NCBI GenBank assembly: GCA_030611085.1
Contig: JAUWQI010000001.1
Location: 32,390-96,389 of the forward strand
Length of the DNA stretch: 64,000 nt
Direction of reading: 5' to 3'
Origin: Dehalococcoidia bacterium
GTDB lineage: Bacteria; Chloroflexota; Dehalococcoidia; GIF9; AB-539-J10
Every line of letters starts with the position of its first letter. Position 1 is the first letter of the stretch. Below the pieces are notes generated by a model that searched no databases, was not told the DNA's origin, and saw only the letters and a list, made by a program, of their open reading frames with translations. Positions 27,287 to 36,121 of this stretch are shown in pieces. The position numbers were made by a program, and so were the translations under genes.

Positions 27287-27651
27287 AAGGTAAAGTATAT
27301 GTTCCCAACCGCGGTGATGCCATCTGGATCACTTTGAATCCTCAGGCTGGCTACGAACAATCCGGGCGTCGGCCAGCAGTTGTCCTCTCACCAAGGATAT
27401 ACAATGGCAAGGTAGGGCTTGCTATTCTGTGCCCCATCACGAATCAAATCAAAGGTTATCCTTTTGAGATTCTCATCCCTTCTGCTCTAGCCGTCAGTGG
27501 AGCGATCCTGTCTGACCAGGTGAAGAGCCTGGATTGGCGAGCGCGGGAAGCTGAATGGATTTGCAGACTACCGGACAACACTATTGCGGAGACATTTCAG
27601 AAACTGAGCACACTATTGTTTCAGGGAGCGAATGCCTTAATACAACCATGA
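27280..27651 (+). CDS. mazF: MazF/PemK endoribonuclease toxin
   Basis: YVPNRGD, PQAGYEQSGRRPAVVLS, DQVKSLDWRAR. Confidence 0.93.
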   Translation: MVKGKVYVPNRGDAIWITLNPQAGYEQSGRRPAVVLSPRIYNGKVGLAILCPITNQIKGYPFEILIPSALAVSGAILSDQVKSLDWRAREAEWICRLPDNTIAETFQKLSTLLFQGANALIQP

Positions 27652-27702
27652 GATATATCAAAATAGAAAATAGGGAGCAGTCTGAAGCCCTTGATAGACT
27701 GG
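27634..27702. repeat. 69-bp direct repeat copy 2; supplies the mazF stop codon
   Basis: 68/69 identical to 26585-26653. Confidence 0.95.
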
Positions 27703-27747
27703 GTTTGCTGCGGTGAACTTGTGCTGTTAAGATAATGCGGCGGTATT

Positions 27748-29475
27748 TTACATTCTCTCGGGGGCTGTCATGCCCATGAGGTGAAGAACCCTGGCTAAAA
27801 CAATCTGAGTTGCTCTGACCAACTTAAGCCGAGCTTTAGTCAGCTCTTCATCCTGGGAAATGACTCTGCATTGCTTATAAAAGCTGTGGAAAACGGTAGC
27901 TAAATCTTGAGCATAGTAGGGTAGATGATGAGGCTCAAGGGTAGTTGCTACCTCTTCTATTATTTCGGGGAGAAGTATTAAGCGGCGAATTAAAGTTAAC
28001 TCTGGCTCAGTTGAGAGCAGAGAAACATCGCCTTGGGCATAATCTATCCTCTGCTGCTTGGCTAACCTGAGAATACTGGCAATCCGAGCATAAGCATATT
28101 GAACATAATACACGGGATTATCCACTGATTGCTTCTTAGCTAGCTCTATATCGAAGTCCATCTGGCTGTCAGCAGAGCGAGAAAGGAAGAATAAGCGGCA
28201 AACATCTGGTCCTACTTCATCAATCAACTCCCGCAGGGTAACGATGTCACCGCTACGTTTAGATACTTTGACCATTTCCTTCCCACGCCGCAGAGTAACT
28301 AACTGACAGATTATTACCTTGAGATGTTCAGGGGCTACTCCTAGAGCTTTGAGCATCGCTTTCATCCGGGGAACATGTCCCTGGTGGTCAGCCCCCCAAA
28401 TATCAATTACAGTGCTGAATCTTCGCTCCAGAAATTTGTTGTAGTGATAGGCAATGTCAGAGGCAAAATAAGTAGGAGAGCCATCACTACGCAGCAGAAC
28501 ATTATCTTTATCCTCGCCTAAGGCAGTCGATTCAAACCAGGTGGCGTTTTCCTTCTTAGCTACATAGCCTCCGTCTTGTAGCAATGCCATGGCTTTATGG
28601 TACTGAGATCCTTCCCCTTCACTTTGTTCAGGGTCAGGACGATAAAGGCTTTTTTCACTAAACCAAACATCAAAGTCAACATTTAATAGCTTAAGGTCTT
28701 CCTTAATTCCCTGTATTATCCGGGCAAGTCCAATTTTAGCTAATTCTGAAATTGCTTCGCCTTCGGCTCGCAATGGCGATTCACCCTCACCCAACCCTCT
28801 CCCTTCAAGGGAGAGGGAAAATTTATCACCTTGCTCCTGAACAATTTCCTTCGCCAGGTCAATCATGTAATCACCAAGATAGCTGTTCGGGAGCATGGCA
28901 ACCTCTTTGCCTAAGCACTGTTGATAGCGTGCATAGAGGGAGCGGCCGAAGCTGTCTATCTGGTTGCCCATATCATTTACATAATATTCCTTTTCTACTG
29001 AGTAACCAGCAGCGCTGAGTACGTTTGCTAAGGTGCTACCTAAGACAGCACCACGTCCATGGCCTACATGGAGAGGACCGGTGGGGTTGACACTAACAAA
29101 CTCAAGTTGAACACGACTGCCTTTGCCTGATAGGCTAGCGCCATATGATTCACCAGTTTCCAGAATCGATGTCACTTGCCCACATAGCCAGTCATCCCGC
29201 AAGTTGAAGTTGATAAAACCTGGCGAAGCAATCATAACCTTATCGAATTCGGAAGGAGGCGATACATGCTCGTATATTCTTTCAGCTATAGCCATAGGTG
29301 ACATCCTCATACCACGAGCTAGTTTCAGGGGGAGGCCTGAGGCAAAATCTCCGTGCTCTGGGTTCTGGGGATGTTCCACGGTTATTTCAGGCAAAGTTGT
29401 GGTAACAAGCTCACCCTGTTGTTGCGCTTCAAGCACTGCTTCTCGGAGACAAGCAGCTAATTTTTCCTTAAGCAT
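27748..29475 (-). CDS. argS: Arginine--tRNA ligase
   Basis: EFVSVNPTGPLHVGHGR, WGADHQGH, SKRSG, YVQYAYARI; two repeat insertions. Confidence 0.97.
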   Translation of the reverse strand: MLKEKLAACLREAVLEAQQQGELVTTTLPEITVEHPQNPEHGDFASGLPLKLARGMRMSPMAIAERIYEHVSPPSEFDKVMIASPGFINFNLRDDWLCGQVTSILETGESYGASLSGKGSRVQLEFVSVNPTGPLHVGHGRGAVLGSTLANVLSAAGYSVEKEYYVNDMGNQIDSFGRSLYARYQQCLGKEVAMLPNSYLGDYMIDLAKEIVQEQGDKFSLSLEGRGLGEGESPLRAEGEAISELAKIGLARIIQGIKEDLKLLNVDFDVWFSEKSLYRPDPEQSEGEGSQYHKAMALLQDGGYVAKKENATWFESTALGEDKDNVLLRSDGSPTYFASDIAYHYNKFLERRFSTVIDIWGADHQGHVPRMKAMLKALGVAPEHLKVIICQLVTLRRGKEMVKVSKRSGDIVTLRELIDEVGPDVCRLFFLSRSADSQMDFDIELAKKQSVDNPVYYVQYAYARIASILRLAKQQRIDYAQGDVSLLSTEPELTLIRRLILLPEIIEEVATTLEPHHLPYYAQDLATVFHSFYKQCRVISQDEELTKARLKLVRATQIVLARVLHLMGMTAPERM

Positions 29476-29481
29476 AAACGA

Positions 29482-29756
29482 TAAACCCTAATATCTAATA
29501 TCTAATTTCGAAATCCTAAACAAATCCGAATATCTAAATTCAAATACTAAAACTCATTTTGCTTTCTCTGCTATCGAGCCAAAGATTTTCATAAGTTCAG
29601 TTGCTTCCCCGATCAGCGACTCGCTGCTCTTCTCTTGGTCTTTGGTTTCTTCTTTGGCAAACTTTAAAGTCCGTTCTTCCAAATCATATTGTTTTGGATT
29701 TTGGTCATTAGTGCTTCGATATTGTTTAGTATTTAGAATTTCGTGCTTAGAATTTG
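29482..29756. repeat. Inverted heptamer-repeat arrays (family C) around a four-helix-bundle remnant
   Basis: Degenerate (TAATATC/TAAATTC)n at 29482-29553 facing (TTAGTAT/TTAGAAT)n at 29692-29756. Confidence 0.8.
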
Positions 29757-29784
29757 CCGTATTTTGCTTTTTTATTTCAATCAT
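29554..29784 (-). pseudogene. Internally deleted four-helix-bundle (23S rRNA-IVP/Avd-like) protein
   Basis: N-terminal YDLEERTLKFA joined almost directly to C-terminal LIGEATELMKIFGSI; central GAN(Y)xEA block absent. Confidence 0.7.
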
Positions 29785-29787
29785 TGT

Positions 29788-32379
29788 TTAGCTCCATTCG
29801 ACTTCCTTAGGCCATACTTGGCTTAGTTGCTGACCTAGAAGTTGATGTTCCGCTGTTTTGAAATCAGGGTCGCTTTGGAAAATACTTATTGCCTCTTGCC
29901 GAGCCAATTCTAAGAGATGCAAGTTAGACAGCTTAGCTACTTTAAGGTCGGGCAAGCCACTTTGCTGAGTGCCAAAAAACTCCCCCGGGCCTCTTAGCTC
30001 TAAGTCTTTCTCCGCTAGAGCGAAGCCATCGTGGATTTTCTCCATTAGCTTTAGCCGCTCCTTTACCTCGGGCGAAAATTTCCCAGGAATAAGTATACAA
30101 TAACCTTGCTCTTTGCCTCGGCCTACTCTTCCCCTGAATTGATGAAGCTGAGATAAGCCAAAATGGTCAGCACCTTCTATCACCATAACTGTAGCTTTAG
30201 GCACATCAATACCGACCTCTATTACTGATGTTGACACCAGGATATCAATTTCCCCAGCACGGAAGTGGCGCATCACCTTCTCTTTGTCCTCAGCGTGCAT
30301 TTGGCCATGAAGCAATCCCAGCCTTAAATCTGGGAAAATCTCTTTAGATAGGCGTTCGTATTCTGTTGTAGCCGCTTTTGCCTCAGGCAATTCCGATTCT
30401 TCGACTAGTGGACAAATAATGAAGGCTTGTCCTCCATTGCTAACCTGGCGGTGGAGGAAACCATAAACCTTTCCTGTATATCGTGGCTCAATACACTTCG
30501 TTTTTACCACCCGTCGTCCTGGAGGTAACTCATCAATAACTGAGAGGTCGAGGTCTCCATAAAGTGTCAGCGCCATAGTTCGAGGAATAGGTGTAGCTGT
30601 CATAACCAACACATGAGGATTGAACCCCTTTTGCCGGAGCTTCTGGCGTTGCAACACGCCAAAGCGATGTTGCTCGTCTATCACTGTCAAGCCCAGCTTG
30701 TTAAATTCTACCCCTTTTTGAATGAGGGCATGAGTGCCAATAACAATATCAATTTCACCTTGCGTGATCTTACGGTGTAAATTCTCCTTTTCACCTTCCC
30801 TAAGGCTGCCGATGAGAAGAGCGATAGTAAGCGGTCGTGGGAGAAATTCTGAAAAGGATGCAAGCGAGGAATCTCGCTCCTCGCAATGACAGGTTTGGGT
30901 GCTGGCTTTAGCTAGATATTCGCTGATACTAGCGAAATGCTGTTCGGCTAATACTTCAGTGGGGGCCATCAGTGCTCCTTGATAGCCATTGGCAACAGCT
31001 ATTAGTAGAGCCAAAACGGCGATTACGGTTTTACCACTACCTACCTCGCCTTGAAGAAGGCGTGACATAGCTTTTGGGCGTTTGAGGTCGATTGAGATCT
31101 CCTCCAGCACTCGCTCCTGAGCCCGAGTTAGGGTGAAAGGAAAGCAGTGTAAAAATTTGCTAATAAGCTCCGGGTCTATATTAAAGGCATTGCCCGGCTG
31201 ACTTTCTTGCCAGTCGCGCTTTCTTCTCAAGACACCTAGTTGGAGAAGGAATAACTCGTCAAAGGCTAACCTCTCCCGTGCTTCCTCTGCTATCAATTGG
31301 CTATCAGGGTAATGAGCTTGCTTGATTGCTTCAGGGAGGTCTGGCAGGCGGCAGTGATTTTTTATATTTTGGGGCAAGAAATCACTCACTTGCCATAGCC
31401 AGCCGTCAATAGCTTCCTTCGTCCATCCCCTCACTCGCCTGGGATACAAGCCTCGAGTGAGAGGATAAACGGGAACCAATCGGCCGGTGTGAATTAACTC
31501 TTTATCTTCAAGTAATTCCCATTCCGGAGATTCAAAAACCTTCTGCCCTTTGAATAAACTTACTGTGCCACTAATTACCACTTTAGCATTGGTAGGGAAT
31601 TTCTTAGCTAGATAAGGTTGGTTAAACCAAACTACTCTGATGTTTCCTGTCTCATCACCCACAATTGCCTCTGTGCCTCGCCGATTGCCAAAAGTGGCCA
31701 CTCTGGCTTGCCATACTGTGGCTACAATAGTTTGTTCCGCATCTTCCCTAAGTGCGGCGATGAACTTCCTTTGGCTATAGTCAACATAGCGTCTGGGGAA
31801 AAAATAAAGCAAGTCACGCACTACCCTCACATTAAGTTTGGCAAATTTAGCAGATGCCTTAGGCGTTATACCTTTGATGATAGTTATGGGTGAATCTAGT
31901 CTTTCATTTTTCTTTTGGGGCTGTGACTTAGCTACTGCTGTTACGCTGATCTGAAGCCCTGAGTCCTGGTCCTGACGATAGGAAGGATCTGAAGGAACTG
32001 AAGGGGCAAGCGAAGGGTCTCTAGATTCTTCGCTACGCTCAGAATGACAGGAAGCGAAGGGCTCAGAATGATAGATAGGAGTCCTTTCCTTTTCCAGCTT
32101 ATCTAGCCAGTCGAAAATGCTTGTCACCCATCTGTGGCGCTCATTTATACTGTGGGAACTGTAGTTGTAGCTAGCCAATCCTAATTCATCAAAGTCGGCT
32201 AAAAGTTGTGAGGTCAACTCCTTCGTTTTCACTTCGTTCAGACTCAGGACAAGGCTTTGCCTGATTCGCTCCGCCTGCTTGTGAAGATATTTATCTAGCC
32301 CGCCGATAACTGCTTTATCGGCATAACCTTTCTTGCATTCCAATTCAAGAACATTTCGTAGCGAGTCGATGTTTAGCAT
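29788..32379 (-). CDS. recG: ATP-dependent DNA helicase RecG
   Basis: LQGEVGSGKT, IDEQHRFGV, MTATPIPRT, QFRGRVGRG; three in-frame repeat insertions. Confidence 0.97.
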   Translation of the reverse strand: MLNIDSLRNVLELECKKGYADKAVIGGLDKYLHKQAERIRQSLVLSLNEVKTKELTSQLLADFDELGLASYNYSSHSINERHRWVTSIFDWLDKLEKERTPIYHSEPFASCHSERSEESRDPSLAPSVPSDPSYRQDQDSGLQISVTAVAKSQPQKKNERLDSPITIIKGITPKASAKFAKLNVRVVRDLLYFFPRRYVDYSQRKFIAALREDAEQTIVATVWQARVATFGNRRGTEAIVGDETGNIRVVWFNQPYLAKKFPTNAKVVISGTVSLFKGQKVFESPEWELLEDKELIHTGRLVPVYPLTRGLYPRRVRGWTKEAIDGWLWQVSDFLPQNIKNHCRLPDLPEAIKQAHYPDSQLIAEEARERLAFDELFLLQLGVLRRKRDWQESQPGNAFNIDPELISKFLHCFPFTLTRAQERVLEEISIDLKRPKAMSRLLQGEVGSGKTVIAVLALLIAVANGYQGALMAPTEVLAEQHFASISEYLAKASTQTCHCEERDSSLASFSEFLPRPLTIALLIGSLREGEKENLHRKITQGEIDIVIGTHALIQKGVEFNKLGLTVIDEQHRFGVLQRQKLRQKGFNPHVLVMTATPIPRTMALTLYGDLDLSVIDELPPGRRVVKTKCIEPRYTGKVYGFLHRQVSNGGQAFIICPLVEESELPEAKAATTEYERLSKEIFPDLRLGLLHGQMHAEDKEKVMRHFRAGEIDILVSTSVIEVGIDVPKATVMVIEGADHFGLSQLHQFRGRVGRGKEQGYCILIPGKFSPEVKERLKLMEKIHDGFALAEKDLELRGPGEFFGTQQSGLPDLKVAKLSNLHLLELARQEAISIFQSDPDFKTAEHQLLGQQLSQVWPKEVEWS

Positions 32380-33212
32380 TCTCCTTCAAGGATGGAAACA
32401 GCCAGGACATGAGGACCGACATGTGTTCCTACTACGGGGCTTATCTTGGAACGATAGAACCTCTCTGGAGGGACTAGGTCCTTAAGGCGCTGGGCTAATA
32501 TCTCTAATTCACCAGGGGTAGTGGCATCTTCAATAGCTAAAGCTTCGATATGATGGAAACCTTTGGCAAAATTCACGAGGAAATCCATGGCTTGAGCCCG
32601 GTTGCGAGGTCGAGCAACTGGGAAGGTTGTGCCATCCTTTATTGACAAAACAGGGTTTACCTTTAATAAACTGCCTAAGAATGCTTGCGCCTTGCCAATA
32701 CGTCCACCTCTCCTTAAATATTCCAATGTATCGAAGGACATCCGCACATGGGTTCTAGGTATCGCTTCCCTCACCCATTGAGCAATCTGGTTTAAATTAG
32801 CTCCCTCCTGAGCCATCTTAGCTGCTGTTGTAACTAAAAGCAGTTGTCCACCTATTGCCAATTGACAGTCAATAACCTCGATATGGCATTTGTTTTTAAC
32901 CATAGCCTTGCCTTGAAGGGCGCTCCCATAAGTGCCGCTGTACATTTCAGAGAGCGTTATGGTTAAGATTTCATTTGTTTCTTTAGCTAGTTTAGTAAAA
33001 AGCTTGGTAAAAAACTCAGGAGTGACAGTTGAAGTAGTAGGAATAACCTTGCTCTTCACTAGCTTATGATAGAATTCCACAGTAGCCAGGTCAACATTAT
33101 CGCGGTAAACTTTGTCGCCAAACTGAACATATAAGGGCACCACCATAATCCCATACTCCTGAGCTAGCTCAGGAGTAATATCAGAACAACTATCAGTTAC
33201 AATCTTAACCAT
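32373..33212 (-). CDS. DegV/FakB fatty-acid-binding protein
   Basis: IVTDS, LEYLRRGGRIG, GTHVGP. Confidence 0.93.
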   Translation of the reverse strand: MVKIVTDSCSDITPELAQEYGIMVVPLYVQFGDKVYRDNVDLATVEFYHKLVKSKVIPTTSTVTPEFFTKLFTKLAKETNEILTITLSEMYSGTYGSALQGKAMVKNKCHIEVIDCQLAIGGQLLLVTTAAKMAQEGANLNQIAQWVREAIPRTHVRMSFDTLEYLRRGGRIGKAQAFLGSLLKVNPVLSIKDGTTFPVARPRNRAQAMDFLVNFAKGFHHIEALAIEDATTPGELEILAQRLKDLVPPERFYRSKISPVVGTHVGPHVLAVSILEGEC

Positions 33213-33247
33213 TAAACAGTTCTCCCTTTTTCATCCTGTTTACCCTT

Positions 33248-33362
33248 TGTCATTCTGAGTCATTCGCTCCGCCTGTCATTCTGAGAGAGCAGAGCGACCG
33301 AAGAATCTCCTCTTCAATTCCTTCAGAGCTTCGGCTCACCAGGATGAACTTGACGAAGAATT
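33248..33362. repeat. Composite family-A element
   Basis: TGTCATTCTGAG twice, GCGACCGAAGAATCTCCTCTTCA; similar to 25297-25400. Confidence 0.85.
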
Positions 33363-33372
33363 TTTAAGTCCA

Positions 33373-35004
33373 TTATTCCAGCGAGATTATATAATTATAA
33401 TATGGTTGCCCTCCGCGAACTATTTCAACCTGTATAGAATATTTATCCTGAATTTCCCAAGCTATGCTTTCAGCTTCGCTAGCTTGAGTCTCAGCACCGT
33501 AGTAGATAGTCATCACATCGGCATCTTCAATATCTGCCTTTAGTAGAGCTTCAAAAATAACCTCTTTTATATTACTGCCACTGGCTATCAAATTCTCATC
33601 ATTCAGGATGGCAATGAATTGCCCCTTTTTTATCTTCATGCCATTGAGCTGTGTCTTGCGTACTGCTTTAGTAACTTCTATAGTTTTTATTGCGGTTATC
33701 GCCTCTTCCATAACTTGAGCATTTTTCTCTAGGTTTGCCTCGTAGCTGAAGGCAAGAAATGCTGCTATGCCTTGCGGGACGGTTCTGGTAGGAACTACCT
33801 TCACCTTCTTTGAAGTTAAAGATTCAACCTGAGAAGCTGTGAGGATGATATTTTTGTTATTAGGCAATAGAATAACATTATCTGAAGGTGCTGATTCCAC
33901 AGCTTGAACTAGCTGACGAACACTAGGGTTCATTGTTTGACCACCAGGGACAGTGATCGCAGTACCTAAGCTATTAAATACTTCCAAAAAGCCATCTCCA
34001 GAGGCGACCGTTACCATAGCGATATCAGCTGTGGGCAATCTTTCTTTTTGCATTTTAATAAATTCGACATATTGGTCATCCATATTATTGATACTTATCT
34101 GATGCAAAGTGCCTAGATGTGTAGCATAATTGATGATCTCGCCGGGCTCAAAGCTATGAATGTGAACTCGGACTAAAGATTCATCACCAGAAATGATTAA
34201 AGATTGTCCTTTCTTTCCCAAATCTTTTTTGAGCTTTTTCAAATCAAGACTTTGCCCTTTCAGTACAAAATTGGTGCAATACCCGTAAGGTACTTCAACC
34301 TCAGTGGCCGTGGGAGCCATCTTCGGGGTCAGTGCCACATCGGCAGCAACTAGCCTCGGTTGCCGATACTGCATCTTATCCTTTTCCCCTTTAAGGTGAT
34401 GAAGAGCGCCATCCAGCAGAACATAAATGCCCTGCCCCCCAGCATCCACTACACCTGCCTCCTTCAATACTGGTAACAGGCTAGGTGTTCGAGCCACTGA
34501 ATCTTTGGCTGCCTCCACTGCAGCTTCTAGCACTGAGAGCAAGTTTTCAGAATTAACTTTAGCTGTCTTATCAGCGGCTTCGGCAGCATCTTTAAGCACG
34601 GTCAACATAGTACCTTCTACAGGGTGGATAATTCCCTCGTAGGCAGTTTGTGATGCTTCAGCTAATGCTGTGGCGAAATCTTTAGCATCAAAGGAACTCT
34701 TGCCCTCCAGCCCCTTAGCCAAGCCGCGCCAGAATTGAGATAGGATTACTCCCGAATTACCTCGCGCTCCCATTAAGGCGCCGTAAGCCAGCGATTTGGT
34801 CATTGAGGAGGCGTCGCTATCTGAATTTCTAGTTGCTTCTTCTAGAGCAGAGCGCATAGTAAGCAACATATTGGTTCCTGTATCACCATCGGGAATAGGA
34901 AAAACATTTATAGCATTGATATCGGGGGCACTTTTTTCCAGCCAGGTAGTGCCTGAAGCAAATATCTCTTTTAAGAGTTGACCATCAGGTAGATTAGCCT
35001 TCAT
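33373..35004 (-). CDS. DAK2-domain fatty acid kinase catalytic subunit (FakA)
   Basis: NVFPIPDGDTGTNM, GARGNSGVILSQ, VDAGG, GGQTMNPS. Confidence 0.94.
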   Translation of the reverse strand: MKANLPDGQLLKEIFASGTTWLEKSAPDINAINVFPIPDGDTGTNMLLTMRSALEEATRNSDSDASSMTKSLAYGALMGARGNSGVILSQFWRGLAKGLEGKSSFDAKDFATALAEASQTAYEGIIHPVEGTMLTVLKDAAEAADKTAKVNSENLLSVLEAAVEAAKDSVARTPSLLPVLKEAGVVDAGGQGIYVLLDGALHHLKGEKDKMQYRQPRLVAADVALTPKMAPTATEVEVPYGYCTNFVLKGQSLDLKKLKKDLGKKGQSLIISGDESLVRVHIHSFEPGEIINYATHLGTLHQISINNMDDQYVEFIKMQKERLPTADIAMVTVASGDGFLEVFNSLGTAITVPGGQTMNPSVRQLVQAVESAPSDNVILLPNNKNIILTASQVESLTSKKVKVVPTRTVPQGIAAFLAFSYEANLEKNAQVMEEAITAIKTIEVTKAVRKTQLNGMKIKKGQFIAILNDENLIASGSNIKEVIFEALLKADIEDADVMTIYYGAETQASEAESIAWEIQDKYSIQVEIVRGGQPYYNYIISLE

Positions 35005-35098
35005 CTTTTCTCCCTTTGCTTCGATTGCTTATTGTGATATTATTGGCCTATATAATACCTTGCGGTGTGTTTTTAGTAAAAGGGGGTAGGAATTTCCT

Positions 35099-35281
35099 AT
35101 GAAGTGTGAGATTTGTGGTAAAAAGCCTCAGTTTGGGCATAGTGTGAGCCACTCCAAGAGACATACCAATCGGCGGTGGTTGCCTAATATTCATCGGACT
35201 ACAATTATTGTGGATGGGAGAAAGATAAAAGTCAATATGTGCACCAGATGCCTTCGCACTCAATATAAAGCAACTCGCTAG
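35099..35281 (+). CDS. rpmB: 50S ribosomal protein L28
   Basis: CEICGK..FGHSVSHS...RRWLPN, CTRCLR. Confidence 0.96.
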   Translation: MKCEICGKKPQFGHSVSHSKRHTNRRWLPNIHRTTIIVDGRKIKVNMCTRCLRTQYKATR

Positions 35282-35319
35282 CTTTTTGTGAGCCCCGTTC
35301 ACAAATCAAATCAAAGTTT

Positions 35320-36003
35320 CTAATAAGCTCCCTTTCTGTCTTTGACAGCTTCCCTAATCTTTTGCATCGCCTGATTTATTCCTTCCTTAGCTTTAAATAC
35401 GCTGTTTCCCACTGCCAGGATATTAGCTCCCGCTTCAGCTATGCCAGGTGCATTATCAATAGTAATGCCCCCATCAACTTCAATTTCGGTGACCAGGTTT
35501 TTATCATCGAGCATCCTGCGCAAGCGACTTATTTTCTCCAATGATTCTGGAATAAAAGCTTGCCCACCGAAGCCAGGGTTGACGCTCATGATGAGAATTA
35601 AATCAACATGGGGGATAATTTCTTCTATCGAGCTCAGCGGGGTGGCTGGATTTAAAGCTATCCCGGCTCTTACCCCTAGGTCCTTTATCAGTTGGATTGT
35701 TCGGTGAAGGTGAGGGCAAGCTTCGACATGGACAGTGATAATATTAGCGCCGGCACTGGCAAACTCAGAAATGTAGCGCTCAGGCTGCTCTATCATCAGG
35801 TGGACATCTAAAGGTAAGTGTGTCCAGGGGCGCATGGAAGCCACTACAGGAACTCCAATAGTGATATTGGGCACGAAATGTCCATCCATAACATCTATGT
35901 GAATATAATCAGCCCCTGACTTGGTAACTGCAGCAACCTGCTCACCAAGCCGAGCAAAATCAGCAGAAAGTATTGATGGTGCTAGCTTTATTTGGCTTTC
36001 CAT
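35320..36003 (-). CDS. rpe: Ribulose-phosphate 3-epimerase
   Basis: APSILSADF, HIDVMDGHFVPN, MSVNPGFGGQ, VDGGI. Confidence 0.97.
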   Translation of the reverse strand: MESQIKLAPSILSADFARLGEQVAAVTKSGADYIHIDVMDGHFVPNITIGVPVVASMRPWTHLPLDVHLMIEQPERYISEFASAGANIITVHVEACPHLHRTIQLIKDLGVRAGIALNPATPLSSIEEIIPHVDLILIMSVNPGFGGQAFIPESLEKISRLRRMLDDKNLVTEIEVDGGITIDNAPGIAEAGANILAVGNSVFKAKEGINQAMQKIREAVKDRKGAY

Positions 36004-36037
36004 ATTTTCACTTCATGGAGTATGATTCTTTATTTCA

Positions 36038-36121
36038 CTTCCCCTTCACTTTGTTCAGGGCTTTGGTTCACTCATTCGGAATGACAGGATTTGTCATTCC
36101 GAGCGTAGCAAAGAATCTCCC
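36038..36121. repeat. Family-A elements; the right one supplies the argH stop
   Basis: CTTCCCCTTCACTTTGTTCAGGG (identical to argS 28611-28633); TGTCATTCCGAGCGTAGCAAAGAATCT. Confidence 0.85.

Noticed and set aside
25684-27702. Integron (IntI with a mazEF cassette)
   Set aside because: The extra segment in the catalytic domain is a family-A repeat, not the IntI-specific insertion; no convincing attC site seen
29554-29784. Diversity-generating retroelement
   Set aside because: Only an Avd-like remnant; no reverse transcriptase or TR/VR pair seen in the window
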